DNA from: Opitutales bacterium
GTDB lineage: Bacteria; Verrucomicrobiota; Verrucomicrobiia; Opitutales; UBA953
DNA length: 58,759 nucleotides
Direction of reading: 5' to 3'
NCBI GenBank assembly: GCA_040398005.1
Contig: JBBAUX010000001.1
Span: 104,631-163,389, forward strand
Of this stretch, positions 7,926-18,102 are shown piece after piece. The position numbers and the translations under genes are program-made. The notes beneath the pieces are model-generated. The model saw nothing but the letters and a program-made list of their open reading frames with translations, had not been told where the DNA came from and did not search any database. Position 1 is the stretch's first letter. Each line of letters begins with the position of its first letter.

Positions 7926-8843
7926 ATGATAAGAATGTGGATCGATGCCTGCCGGCCAAAAACTTTGGTGGCCGCTTTGGTTCCAGTGGTGATGGGCACA
8001 TTGGTCTTTTGGATTTACGGCGACAAGTTTCACCTCGGTGCGCAGCAGGATTATGTATTTACGTTTTTCTCATGTCTCGGCTTTGCGTTGGCTGCACAAA
8101 TTTTGAGCAACTTCTCGAACGATCTTGGAGACTCACAGCGCGGGGCAGATAATCAAAATCGTGTGGGCCCCAGGCGTGCGGTCGCCAATGGTTTGATTAG
8201 TGTGCGCGCGATGAAAATCGCGATGGGAGTGGTCATCGCTTTGGCCTGTTTGGCGGGCTGGAAATTAGGAATTCGCCACCCGATTTTATTTATCTCGGCA
8301 ACGCTGGCGCTGATTTTGGCGATGGGCTATACACTGGGACCACTACCACTTGCTTATCATGGGCTGGGTGACGTCTTTGTCGTGGCCTGCTTTGGTCTAC
8401 AAGCCACCGCACTCACCGTCTATGCGCTCTACTTGGAGGTAGGTCAGACCGTTACCTGTGAAATGCCTTGGACGCCTGCGATCATCACCGGATTGGGCGT
8501 GGGCTTGATGGCGAATAATATTTTAATTGCGAATAATACTCGCGATAGGGAAACCGACGCGGCGTCGGCCAAAAAAACACTCGTGGTGCGCTGGGGTCGA
8601 ACCTTCGCCAAATTCCACTTCTCGTTTAATTTGTTCGTGGGAATTCTTTGTCTGAACTTCGTATTTGGTCCACTCCCACTGGTAATCATGCCCTTGGCAT
8701 TTTGGCAGATGGCGGGATTTTGGAAGGCACAAGCGGCTGCTGAATTTATCCCTTTTTTAGCCAGAGCGGCTGTTTTAATGCTTTTGATGGCACTTTTGTG
8801 TGTAACTGCGACTTGCCTCGGTTGGATACCGGTGAAATTTTAA
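7926..8843 (+). CDS. menA: 1,4-dihydroxy-2-naphthoate prenyltransferase
   Basis: W..ACRPKTL, NFSNDLGD..RGAD..RVGP.R, NNTRDRETD....KKTLVVRWG; multiple TM helices. Confidence 0.9.
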   Translation: MIRMWIDACRPKTLVAALVPVVMGTLVFWIYGDKFHLGAQQDYVFTFFSCLGFALAAQILSNFSNDLGDSQRGADNQNRVGPRRAVANGLISVRAMKIAMGVVIALACLAGWKLGIRHPILFISATLALILAMGYTLGPLPLAYHGLGDVFVVACFGLQATALTVYALYLEVGQTVTCEMPWTPAIITGLGVGLMANNILIANNTRDRETDAASAKKTLVVRWGRTFAKFHFSFNLFVGILCLNFVFGPLPLVIMPLAFWQMAGFWKAQAAAEFIPFLARAAVLMLLMALLCVTATCLGWIPVKF

Positions 8844-8858
8844 GATACTTAATTTGTG

Positions 8859-9335
8859 ATGGAGAAACCTATTTCATTAGTCTCTCAACTAGAACACTTG
8901 GTGGCCGATGCTCAGCGTCCCTCCTGGAACGAGTATTTTATGGCCACAGCTTTTCTCGTAAGCACGCGCTCCAGTTGTGATCGCTTGCACGTGGGTTGCG
9001 TGGTGGTCTCGACGGGTAAGCATCCTAATCGATTAGTCGCAGCCGGTTATAATGGATTTCTTCCTGGCGCACCGCACGACTCACACATCCGCGATGGACA
9101 TGAATTAGCGACCGTCCATGCCGAACAGAATGCGGTGGCTGATGCGGCGAAGCGCGGAATTTCTTTACAGGGTACCATTTGTTTTGTGACGCACTATCCT
9201 TGTGTGAATTGTGCGAAAATTTTAGCCGCGGCTGGTATTACCGAAGTGCGTTACCGTCAGGATTACCGCAACGAGCCGTTAGTCGCAGAACTTTTCCAGC
9301 AAGCGGGTGTGGTGGTGACGAAGTTAGAGATCTAA
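8859..9335 (+). CDS. dCMP deaminase (ComEB-like) family protein
   Basis: RPSWNEYFM, HAEQNA, PCVNC zinc-binding motifs. Confidence 0.92.
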   Translation: MEKPISLVSQLEHLVADAQRPSWNEYFMATAFLVSTRSSCDRLHVGCVVVSTGKHPNRLVAAGYNGFLPGAPHDSHIRDGHELATVHAEQNAVADAAKRGISLQGTICFVTHYPCVNCAKILAAAGITEVRYRQDYRNEPLVAELFQQAGVVVTKLEI

Positions 9336-9880
9336 TGCCTAAGAAAGCCCCATCATTAGCGGGGAAACTGCTGGTTTCGCATCCGCTACAACGCGACGAA
9401 AGCTTTTGTGAGTCAGTGGTCATGATTCATGACTATTCCGAAAAAGACGGGGCCATGGGCTTTATTATTAATCGTCCGTGCGACAAAAAACTCGGCGAAA
9501 CGCAGTCGGAATTTTCTAATAGTCCGTTGGCGCCGATATCGATTCAGTGGGGCGGGCCTGTTGCGATTGATCGAATGGCTTTGGGCGGTTGGAAATTCGC
9601 TTCACGGGGTCCCGCTTTAATTCGCTACGGAATGAGCAAAGAAGACGCATCGAAATTTATTACGGAAACCGGTTTTCAGGTTTTTGCTTTTGTGGGTTAT
9701 GCCGGATGGTCGCCTGGCCAGTTAGAAAATGAAATAAAACTCAATGCGTGGGTAGTGTGTCCCTTTGAACGTGAGTTTGCGCAACTGCAAGGAAAGGAAC
9801 TTTGGAAAGCATTGCTGACCAAGCATCGTCCGGATTTACGTTTAACTTTAGACTCTCCGCCGAATCCGAGTCTGAATTAA
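9335..9880 (+). CDS. YqgE/AlgH (DUF179) family protein
   Basis: Start ATG 9335; GKLLVSHP, GAMGFIINRP, GGPV, GYAGWSPGQLENE, terminal PSLN. Confidence 0.9.
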   Translation: MPKKAPSLAGKLLVSHPLQRDESFCESVVMIHDYSEKDGAMGFIINRPCDKKLGETQSEFSNSPLAPISIQWGGPVAIDRMALGGWKFASRGPALIRYGMSKEDASKFITETGFQVFAFVGYAGWSPGQLENEIKLNAWVVCPFEREFAQLQGKELWKALLTKHRPDLRLTLDSPPNPSLN

Positions 9881-10870
9881 TCAGCGCGAATTCGAGAGGA
9901 GAATTTCTAAATTCTGCAAAAGATTCTCGCCCGCATTAAGTCCGTTGGAGGTAAGCATTTTACGGGCAATCAGTCGGCTCTTATAATGTTGGTCGATACC
10001 GATAATTTCGAAGGTTTTATTGGGTATTTGTGGGTTTCCAGCGGGTAGGGCGACCCAGCGTTTGGGTAGGCCGTGCCAGGTGAATTCGACATACCAACCT
10101 TCAGCAGTTTTGGGATCTCCTTGCACGAGTCCAGGATGGCGCGTAACGAAGTCGGGCGCTAACGGAGTACGAATGGTGACGGCGAGAGCGGCGGGTAAAC
10201 TTTTAATAATATCGAGAGTATTGACGCTGCGTTTTCCGAGAAGGTAGGTGGGATCAAAGCCCGTTAAGTTTTGTCCATTCCACAGACCGTGAAGATTCGG
10301 ATCACGCTGGTAGTTGAAACGACTCTTATACCATGAATTAAAAGAATCGGCTAAGCGTAGTCCCACTTCGAAATGTAAATGAGCTCGTTTCATGGGGATG
10401 GGGCTGCTGGGCGAAGAAGTATGGCCCATGATGGCAATGGCCTTGCCGCGAGCGACGTTATCACCGACGCGTAAGGTGGAATCAATTTTTGCGAGGTGGG
10501 CGTAGAGACTGTACAATCCGATTTCGGCATTATCGTGAACGAGAATAACATAACGTCCGTAAGGGCCATTGGTCTCGTTGTTAATGTAGGCGACTTTGCC
10601 TGAAATCGCAGCGAAAACGTAGTCTGCGGGCTCGCCATTACTCTGTACTTGGTAGGCTCGGATATCGATGCCTTCGTGGAAGCGACGGCCATCTTCGCGT
10701 ACCATGCCGAAGCAACCCGACTCAATTTTTCCTGTGCCTACCGGTTGAACATAGTCTTCTAAACCTTGAATGATACTCGTGTCCATCGAGGTCGGCCATT
10801 GAACTTCAATCGCTGACGCTCCACCGACTAGTCCGAAAAATAAGAGGAGAGTGCTCGCGAGATATCTCAC
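9881..10870 (-). CDS. M23 family metallopeptidase, secreted
   Basis: Signal peptide; HEGID, YAHL, HLHFE motifs. Confidence 0.9.
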   Translation of the reverse strand: MRYLASTLLLFFGLVGGASAIEVQWPTSMDTSIIQGLEDYVQPVGTGKIESGCFGMVREDGRRFHEGIDIRAYQVQSNGEPADYVFAAISGKVAYINNETNGPYGRYVILVHDNAEIGLYSLYAHLAKIDSTLRVGDNVARGKAIAIMGHTSSPSSPIPMKRAHLHFEVGLRLADSFNSWYKSRFNYQRDPNLHGLWNGQNLTGFDPTYLLGKRSVNTLDIIKSLPAALAVTIRTPLAPDFVTRHPGLVQGDPKTAEGWYVEFTWHGLPKRWVALPAGNPQIPNKTFEIIGIDQHYKSRLIARKMLTSNGLNAGENLLQNLEILLSNSR

Positions 10871-11376
10871 TTTTTATCTTCCAGCTGGCGAATGAGTAAA
10901 ATCGACTGGTTGAGCTCGCGACTGATTTCGAGGGCGGCTTCTTTACCATTTTTTCCTTTGCGTTCGACGAAGAAAAATAAATTTCCATCAACCACGCGAT
11001 CTTCAATGGGCATAATACCAACGGCTTCATCATTGATTACTAAAACTAAATGTTTTCCGCGCGCTTGACGGGTGACGTCCATGATCATCGCTGCCGCGGT
11101 GCGGTTTAATTGTACGAGCAACGAAACGACTCGTAAATCTTGCTCACCCGTTTCGACAACCTCGGTATTGAGTAGATCTTCGGCGAGAGTTAATTCTTTA
11201 CCGAGAATAGGGATAGTGATTCCGCTGACGGGCAGGGTGACATTTTTCCGCATAATGCGGCTGGAGGACTCGGGTGCCTCGACATAAATAGAGGCGAAAT
11301 GCGAAGGAGGCGTGGTTTGGCAGCCCGTAACGAATAGGAGGCTGAAGAAAACGATAAGAGTATAGTGGATTTTCAT
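10867..11376 (-). CDS. Lipoprotein of unknown function
   Basis: Lipobox VTGC after a hydrophobic signal; 4-bp overlap with the M23 gene. Confidence 0.7.
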   Translation of the reverse strand: MKIHYTLIVFFSLLFVTGCQTTPPSHFASIYVEAPESSSRIMRKNVTLPVSGITIPILGKELTLAEDLLNTEVVETGEQDLRVVSLLVQLNRTAAAMIMDVTRQARGKHLVLVINDEAVGIMPIEDRVVDGNLFFFVERKGKNGKEAALEISRELNQSILLIRQLEDKK

Positions 11377-11384
11377 GTTGTTGA

Positions 11385-11876
11385 TTAGCCGACTAATAAT
11401 TCGAGTGAGGCACTCACTTGCAGGAGATGCTCGGGTTGTAAATCGAGTGCGGGGACCATTAAAATTTGTTTAGTGGATTGGTGTTGGTAGGGGATGAGTC
11501 CCTGTTCGGAGGGTCCGGTCGCTTTAACAATCCGTTTTCTTTCCAACAACAGGGCGAGAATGTGTTTTAATACGGCTTTATCTCCACTGGGGTCAGCAGC
11601 GTCGTCGAAGAGTGAAAGAAAAAATTCTTCGCGGGAGGCGAGGAGTTGGGCGCGCAGGGCTTGTTCTTCTTCGCCGCGTTCTTTGACTTGGCGTGACCAG
11701 CGGCCGAGCAATAAACCGTCAGGTTTAAATTCGGTCGCGTATTCTTTGAGAACATCGCGACGTTCGATAGCTCCGCCGAGAGGTTTGAACACGATGCAGA
11801 CAACGGAGTCGCCGACGTGAAGGTCTTTACCTGAACTAGCACAGGCGTGTGAGAGTGATTTTACCTGCCATTCCAT
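11385..11876 (-). CDS. Hypothetical protein
   Basis: ORF in the tsaD operon; likely start MEWQVKSL (upstream start at 11912 possible). Confidence 0.7.
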   Translation of the reverse strand: MEWQVKSLSHACASSGKDLHVGDSVVCIVFKPLGGAIERRDVLKEYATEFKPDGLLLGRWSRQVKERGEEEQALRAQLLASREEFFLSLFDDAADPSGDKAVLKHILALLLERKRIVKATGPSEQGLIPYQHQSTKQILMVPALDLQPEHLLQVSASLELLVG

Positions 11877-11917
11877 CTCATCAACATGAGCCAAGGGGGG
11901 CAGGTCGGGCAACCCGA

Positions 11918-12940
11918 TTATGCGAGGTCGATGCTTAATTGTGGAGCGGGTTCCACGATACCTGCTTTTCCGCCATGGGGGTCGGCCCAGGCCGCGAAAG
12001 CAATCATTCCAGCATTATCTCCACAGTACTTCGGCTCGGCGATGAGCAGAGGAAGTTTTTGTTTCTCGAGCGATTGGGCGAGTAGCCTACGCAGGGCGCG
12101 ATTGTTGGCGACACCGCCAGAAAGTCCGACCGATTTATAAGATCCGGAGTTGAGAGCGGATAGCATCTTGGCGTTGAGCTGGCCAAGGATCGCGTCTTGA
12201 TAACTTGCACAGATTGATGGCAGTTGAGATTTTACTTCTTCGTCGGACATTTTTTCGAGTTGATAGCGCAGGGCGGTTTTTAGGCCCGAGAAACTAAATC
12301 GAAGATCCGACTTTTCGGGAAGTCCGCGCGGAAAGGAGAAACTTTGGGTATTACCTTTTTGCGCATATTGTTCGATGAGGGCACCGCCGGGATAAGGGAG
12401 GCCTAGTAATTTTGCACCTTTATCAAACGCTTCGCCCGCCGCGTCGTCCACCGTGCGTGCGATAAGAGATATTTTTAAATCAGTATCTAATTTTACCAAT
12501 AAAGTGTTACCTCCAGAAACGACTAAACCTAAATGGGGTAATAATTCGGTGCGAGCTTCGGAAAATTGTGAAGGATTGGTTGCATGCAGATTGATAAAGA
12601 CCGAATGAACGTGAGCGCGGAGATGGTTAACCGTTTGGATCGGGCAATCCAATGCCACAGATAAGGCACGCGTCATGCTGATTCCCATCGAGAGGCAGGG
12701 GAGTAGTCCGGGGCCACGGGTGACGGCCAAGGTAGTTATATTTGGAATATCAGCACGAAATTCTTCGAGGAGTAAGGGTAGAGCGGAGAGGTGCATGCGG
12801 CTGGCGAGGTCGGGCACGACTCCACCGAATTTCTCGTGGGCGGCGGCTTGAGAACTAATGATTTCGTGAGCGATTCCTTTGGTGGGATCGAACAGGGCGA
12901 GTGCGGACTCATCGCAGGAACTTTCGATGGCTAAAATCAT
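11918..12940 (-). CDS. tsaD: tRNA N6-adenosine threonylcarbamoyltransferase
   Basis: ILAIESSCDE, GGVVPDLASRMH, VSGGNT, DDAAGEAFDK, FSFSGLKT, DNAGMIA. Confidence 0.96.
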   Translation of the reverse strand: MILAIESSCDESALALFDPTKGIAHEIISSQAAAHEKFGGVVPDLASRMHLSALPLLLEEFRADIPNITTLAVTRGPGLLPCLSMGISMTRALSVALDCPIQTVNHLRAHVHSVFINLHATNPSQFSEARTELLPHLGLVVSGGNTLLVKLDTDLKISLIARTVDDAAGEAFDKGAKLLGLPYPGGALIEQYAQKGNTQSFSFPRGLPEKSDLRFSFSGLKTALRYQLEKMSDEEVKSQLPSICASYQDAILGQLNAKMLSALNSGSYKSVGLSGGVANNRALRRLLAQSLEKQKLPLLIAEPKYCGDNAGMIAFAAWADPHGGKAGIVEPAPQLSIDLA

Positions 12941-13025
12941 CTTTGCTTAATACAGCCGAAAAAGTCTTTCGGCTCAACCCTGTTTCGTCTGGCGGAAGTC
13001 AAAACACTGGTTAACGATTAAATAG

Positions 13026-14000
13026 ATGGAAAATCAGGAACGACATCGGGCCATAGTCGAGCTCTTGCGTGCCGAGGCACAGCAAGGTTTGGTGCCCTTT
13101 GTCCGTTGCGTGGAGTTGGCGCTTTATCATCCTAAACTAGGCTATTACCAGGCAAATCGTGAACGTGTGGGCAAGAGTGCGGGGACGGATTTTACTACGG
13201 CGGCAGCACTGGGTAGTATGTTCGGTGAACTGATAGCCTCAGCCGCGGAAACGCTCGTTGGAAATACTCAAGATTATACCTTGGTTGAGATGGGGGCTGA
13301 GCCAGGACAGAAACATTTTGAGACGGTGCGTAATCGATTTTCGGAAATTAAAACTTTTCGTTTGGGTGATAAAATCACTTTACCTTCAAAAAGTATTTTA
13401 GTGGCGAACGAGTTGCTCGATGCACAGCCCTTTAATCGCTTTATTTTTACAAACGGAAACTGGCGAGAATTAGGAGTGCGCGTTGATGGTGCAGAATTAA
13501 CCGTGGAGCCACTTCCTGGATTTTCATCTGAACGCGCAAAGGAATTTGCGAGTACGTTGCGTGAGTCGACTGAAGGCTGGATTATCGATGCGCCGTTGGC
13601 GGCGGAGACGCTTTGTCGGGAGATTTTAAAACAAAAGTGGGCGGTGGCGGTGATCTTTTTAGATTACGGTAAGACCGTGGCTCAATGTTTAGAGTCATCA
13701 CCCGCGGGTACGGCTCGTTCTTATTATCGCCACCAGATGTCGGGCGATATTTTGACGCAACTTGGGTCGCAGGATTTGACCTGCCATGTGTTGTGGGATC
13801 GGATTACTTCAGTGTTGAATGAGTTTGGTTTGCGGAATGTGCAACTCGACCGCCAGGAGGCCTTTTTGGTGAAGTATGCGGGAAGGGAAATGGAGCGCAT
13901 TGCGTTATCCGGGTCGACCGACCTCACCTCGCGTCTGCGGGCGTTGACGCATCCGGCACACTTTGGTGCGAAGTTCCAAGTTTTGCACGGTATTCGCTAA
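13026..14000 (+). CDS. SAM-dependent methyltransferase, MidA/NDUFAF7 family
   Basis: ALYHPKLGYY, DFTTA, ANELLDAQP, LDYG, QDLTCHV, FGAKFQVL. Confidence 0.88.
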   Translation: MENQERHRAIVELLRAEAQQGLVPFVRCVELALYHPKLGYYQANRERVGKSAGTDFTTAAALGSMFGELIASAAETLVGNTQDYTLVEMGAEPGQKHFETVRNRFSEIKTFRLGDKITLPSKSILVANELLDAQPFNRFIFTNGNWRELGVRVDGAELTVEPLPGFSSERAKEFASTLRESTEGWIIDAPLAAETLCREILKQKWAVAVIFLDYGKTVAQCLESSPAGTARSYYRHQMSGDILTQLGSQDLTCHVLWDRITSVLNEFGLRNVQLDRQEAFLVKYAGREMERIALSGSTDLTSRLRALTHPAHFGAKFQVLHGIR

Positions 14001-14072
14001 AATAAATTAACATTTCTGAAGCTCTCACTCGACCTTAGCGGAACAAACGTTTGAGTTAGTTGTAATTCTCCT

Positions 14073-17000
14073 GTGCGCATGCGGTCCTGCTATCTTTATA
14101 TTATCGTTCTCATTTTCGGTGCCTCACTTTGTCAGGCGAAGAATGAGTTGATTCAGGATTTTGAAGGAGATGGCTTTGACAGTTGGCAGACTACAGGTAC
14201 CGCTTTCGGTTTATCGCCCGTGGCTGGAAAAATGGATGGATTAGATGGAGAGCTTCGTGGGTATTCCGGCAACGCCTTAGTCTGCTCTGCTAATGGTGGC
14301 TATGCTGCAACGGGAACACTGACTTCACCTGAGTTCACGATTAGTTATCCCTACATTGCCTTCTTGGTGGGTGGTGGAAGTAAAATCAATACGTTGGCTG
14401 TCCAGTTGGTCGTTGATAATAAAGTAGTCCGTGTGGCTACGGGACATAACGGACTCACCTTAAGAACAAATGTTTGGAACGTCGCTGAGTTTAAGGAGAA
14501 AAAAGCAGTCATCCGAATTATTGACGAGGAGAAGGGAAGTTGGGGTTTCATTGCTGCCGATCGCTTTGTTTTTTCGGCGATTGATAATCCAGTTCTGCCG
14601 AACAGTGGAAGGCCGAAGGCTAAGCTCGATGGAAATTTAATTCCAGTGCCCAATGAGGCGAGTGCTGCTATTTTACGTGGTCTCAAGATGTCGGTGGTGG
14701 CCAGTCACGCTGCGACAGGCGTCAGTTCGCCTACATCATTTTCAATTGCCCCGGATGGACGTCTTTTCGTTGCGGAGACTCATCGTTACCACCGAGGTAT
14801 TGAAGATGATCGAGCCAATCTTTATTGGTATCATGAAGATTTAGCTAACAGTACAAACGCGGATCGCCGTAAGATGTTAGAGAAGTGGTCCAGTAAAAAA
14901 CCGGCAGATTGGTATTCAAAAGAATCAGAAAAAATTAGAATTTTAAGTCAGCCCAAGGCGGATGGTTCGTTTGCGAAATCATCGATTTACGCCGAAGGGT
15001 TTAACGAGATGCTCGATGGTACGGGCAGCGGAATTTTAGTTTATGGCGATACCGTTTATTTTGAGTGCATTCCTAATATCTGGGTTCTGCGCGACTCACC
15101 TGCTGAAACTAAATCTCAAGAAAAGAAAGTTTTACAGGATGGCTTTGGGGTTAGGGTTTCGCTCTCGGGTCACGACTTGAGTGGTAGTGTTATTGGATAT
15201 GATGGACGAATCTGGGGTTCGGTGGGCGATCGCGGATTTAATTTAACGAACCGTGAAGGAAAAAATTATAATTATAAAAATAAGGGTGCCGTTTTTCGTT
15301 TCGATCCTGATGGATCACACTTCGAGGTTATTCATTCGGGACTGAGAAATCCGAAGGAAATCGCTTTTGATGAATGGGGTAATTTAGTGACCGTGGATAA
15401 TAACTCCGACCAAGGCGACGAAGCCCGTATTGTGACTATTATCGAAGGAGCAGACTCCGGATGGGAGATGGAGCACCAGGCGATGCATACCTTTCACCGT
15501 GAGATTGGTTTAGACGTTCGTCCGCCTTCACGCTGGATGACCGAGCGAATGTGGGAATTACAAAACTCTCTACAACCCGCGTATATGATTCCTCCCTCGG
15601 GTTATATTTGTGCTGGTCCTTCGGGGTTAACTTATCATCCAGGGGTGGGCTTCCTAGATTCCGAAAAAGGTTTTTTCCATGTGTGCGACTATCGTGGAGC
15701 CACTCCTGCTTCCGGCGTTTGGTCATTCAGACTCGAGCCTCAGGGTGCGGGCATGAAGTTGGTCGAATCGCATCAACTCATCTGGGGAATTGCCGCGACG
15801 GATGTGGATTACGACTGGCAGGGTCGGGTTTTAGTTTCCGATTTCATCGGTGGTTATGAATCCCACGAAGACGGTCGTATTATCGCGTTGGAAGTAACTC
15901 AGCCCAAAAACACTGAAGCAGTTGCGGACGTTGAGAAAACCATCAATGCAGATTTCGACAAAAAATCATCGAAAGAATTAGGAAAATTAATGGCTCATGC
16001 CGATAAGCGTGTGCGTCTGTTTGCTCAGCTCGAATTAAGCCGTCGGAGTGATGCCTTGGATTTATTTACTAAAGCCACACAGTCCTCAAATTCGCTGGAG
16101 CGACTCCATGGCGTCTGGGGCTTAGGGATTATCGCACGACGCGGTTCGGCGATGTCGCCCTCCGAGAATTGGAAAAAATCTGAACAACCTGCGGCCACAA
16201 TCGAATATCGCACTAACGCTTCGAAGGTTTTAATTTCTTTATTAAGTCATAATGATTTAGAAGTACGGGCGAATGCCATCCGTGCACTCAGTGAAGCATC
16301 CGTGGTTGGAAATGATTTACCACTCGCTCAACTCATTCTAGATCCCTCGCCTAAAGTACGGGCGTTGGCTTCGATTGCAGCGGGCAGATTAGGTGCTGAT
16401 AAGTTCCTGCCCGAAGTTTGCCAAATGATTAAGGAGAATGCGGACAAAGATCCTGTCTTACGCCATGCCGGCGTTATGGCGATTGATGGAATGTGTCGAT
16501 CGTCTGAAGCTTTAAGGGCTTTAGGTAAAAATGAAAATAACTCAATCCGTTTGGCTGTGGTCATCACTCAGCGCCGCAGAACGGATGCCCAAGTAGTAGA
16601 ATTTATTAAGGACAAATCTCCAGTCGTTGCTGATGAAGCTATCCGTGCGATTTACGATAGGTCACTGGATGGTGCCCGTCCGGCGGTCGCTGCATTATTA
16701 GATAATGTTCACGAGCGTGAATGGACCTCGTTCATGCTTCGTCGACTGGTTCACAATGCTTATCGTGTGGGAGGTATCGAAAACGCAAAACGGGTTACGG
16801 CGGTGGCCTTGGACAAAAAAATTCCTAGTGAAGTTCGGGTGGAGGCTTTACGACTCATGTCGATTTGGACGAATCCGTATCCGGTCGATCAGTTAATGGG
16901 TCACTGGAATCCGCTCGCCCCACGTCCTACGTCCGAAGTGGTCGATATTTTAAACCAAGCCCTGCCTGGGCTCCTGGAGGGTGATTCTGATATCATCAAA

Positions 17001-18032
17001 ATTTCCTTAGATCTGGTAACGACTTATCATTTGCAGACGGAGTTATTATCGAATGAATTATTACAGAAAATTGTGGCTGATTTAACGCTCTCGGGTTTAA
17101 CCCGAGCCAAGGCTCTGGAAATGTTATTAGCCCGTGACCCTGCTGATAGTATTCAGATTATTAGTCGTTATACTCATGACATTAAAGACGAGGTGGCGGT
17201 GCGGGCTTTAAGTGAATTAACTCGTCGGGATCGCAACGCCGGTTTTGCCGCAATTAAGGTAGTGGTTAACCGAGGTTCAGTCTTACAACGTCAAGGCGCT
17301 TGGAAAATTTTAACCCAACTGCAAATGGAGGGCGTAGATGATTTATTCGTTGAGTATTTAAAACTTCTTCAAGCCACCCAAGGTGTTTCTCCCGCTGCTT
17401 TAGAAATTCTCGACGCGGCGGCTCAACGTAAAGAGGATACGGTAAAAGCTGCATTGAGTAATTTCCAAGATTCTCAAAATCAGTCTCCCGCAAAATTAAC
17501 CCGTTGGTTACCAGCGCTCGAAGGTGGCGATGTGGCTAATGGTTTCGCTCTCTATCAAGCCTTGCCTGCGGGGCAGTGCATGCGTTGTCACAAGGCCACA
17601 ACCAAAGCGAGTCAGGGTGCACATATTGTGGAAGGAGAAGCTGGGCCTAATTTAGCGGGCGTGGCTAAACGTGGAGATCGACGCTACCTTCTGGAGTCCG
17701 TGGTCTATTCTAACGCTGTTGTCGTATCAGGCTATGGTGTTGTGAGTCTCGACTTAACCAACGGGGTTAATTTGGTTGGCACGCTGATTCAGGAAAAGCC
17801 TGAGTTCGTTGATGTAAATGCTTCGGGCAACTCATGGCGCATCAACCGAAAGGATATTAAGTCCATGACTCCACCCGTTTCGGCAATGCCTCCCTATGAC
17901 GCAGTATTAAAACCAGTGGAAGTGCGCGACTTGGTCGCTTGGTTAGCCACGCTTGATAATAGTCCACCCACACCCAAGGCTAAAGAGCCTAAAGTTTTAG
18001 ACATCAGTACATTAAAACCTACTGCTCGATAA
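14073..18032 (+). CDS. Large PVC-type membrane-bound dehydrogenase-like protein (beta-propeller, HEAT repeats, C-terminal c-type heme)
   Basis: Signal peptide; GLRNPKEIAFDEWGN propeller motif; HEAT-like repeats; CMRCH...GPNLAG...SAMP. Confidence 0.85.
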   Translation: MRMRSCYLYIIVLIFGASLCQAKNELIQDFEGDGFDSWQTTGTAFGLSPVAGKMDGLDGELRGYSGNALVCSANGGYAATGTLTSPEFTISYPYIAFLVGGGSKINTLAVQLVVDNKVVRVATGHNGLTLRTNVWNVAEFKEKKAVIRIIDEEKGSWGFIAADRFVFSAIDNPVLPNSGRPKAKLDGNLIPVPNEASAAILRGLKMSVVASHAATGVSSPTSFSIAPDGRLFVAETHRYHRGIEDDRANLYWYHEDLANSTNADRRKMLEKWSSKKPADWYSKESEKIRILSQPKADGSFAKSSIYAEGFNEMLDGTGSGILVYGDTVYFECIPNIWVLRDSPAETKSQEKKVLQDGFGVRVSLSGHDLSGSVIGYDGRIWGSVGDRGFNLTNREGKNYNYKNKGAVFRFDPDGSHFEVIHSGLRNPKEIAFDEWGNLVTVDNNSDQGDEARIVTIIEGADSGWEMEHQAMHTFHREIGLDVRPPSRWMTERMWELQNSLQPAYMIPPSGYICAGPSGLTYHPGVGFLDSEKGFFHVCDYRGATPASGVWSFRLEPQGAGMKLVESHQLIWGIAATDVDYDWQGRVLVSDFIGGYESHEDGRIIALEVTQPKNTEAVADVEKTINADFDKKSSKELGKLMAHADKRVRLFAQLELSRRSDALDLFTKATQSSNSLERLHGVWGLGIIARRGSAMSPSENWKKSEQPAATIEYRTNASKVLISLLSHNDLEVRANAIRALSEASVVGNDLPLAQLILDPSPKVRALASIAAGRLGADKFLPEVCQMIKENADKDPVLRHAGVMAIDGMCRSSEALRALGKNENNSIRLAVVITQRRRTDAQVVEFIKDKSPVVADEAIRAIYDRSLDGARPAVAALLDNVHEREWTSFMLRRLVHNAYRVGGIENAKRVTAVALDKKIPSEVRVEALRLMSIWTNPYPVDQLMGHWNPLAPRPTSEVVDILNQALPGLLEGDSDIIKISLDLVTTYHLQTELLSNELLQKIVADLTLSGLTRAKALEMLLARDPADSIQIISRYTHDIKDEVAVRALSELTRRDRNAGFAAIKVVVNRGSVLQRQGAWKILTQLQMEGVDDLFVEYLKLLQATQGVSPAALEILDAAAQRKEDTVKAALSNFQDSQNQSPAKLTRWLPALEGGDVANGFALYQALPAGQCMRCHKATTKASQGAHIVEGEAGPNLAGVAKRGDRRYLLESVVYSNAVVVSGYGVVSLDLTNGVNLVGTLIQEKPEFVDVNASGNSWRINRKDIKSMTPPVSAMPPYDAVLKPVEVRDLVAWLATLDNSPPTPKAKEPKVLDISTLKPTAR

Positions 18033-18056
18033 ATTTTAGTTAAAGTGACCGCCAAT

Positions 18057-18085
18057 AAAAAAGCCCCGGGTGTCCGGGGCTTTTT
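18057..18085. terminator. Bidirectional terminator
   Basis: aaaaaagccccgg-gtgt-ccggggcttttt between convergent genes. Confidence 0.88.
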
Positions 18086-18102
18086 GTTTAAGCACTTCGT
18101 GC

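Noticed and set aside
12954..12974. Inverted repeat agccgaaa/tttcggct between divergent tsaD and the methyltransferase
   Set aside because: Short, single and without supporting context; could be chance.
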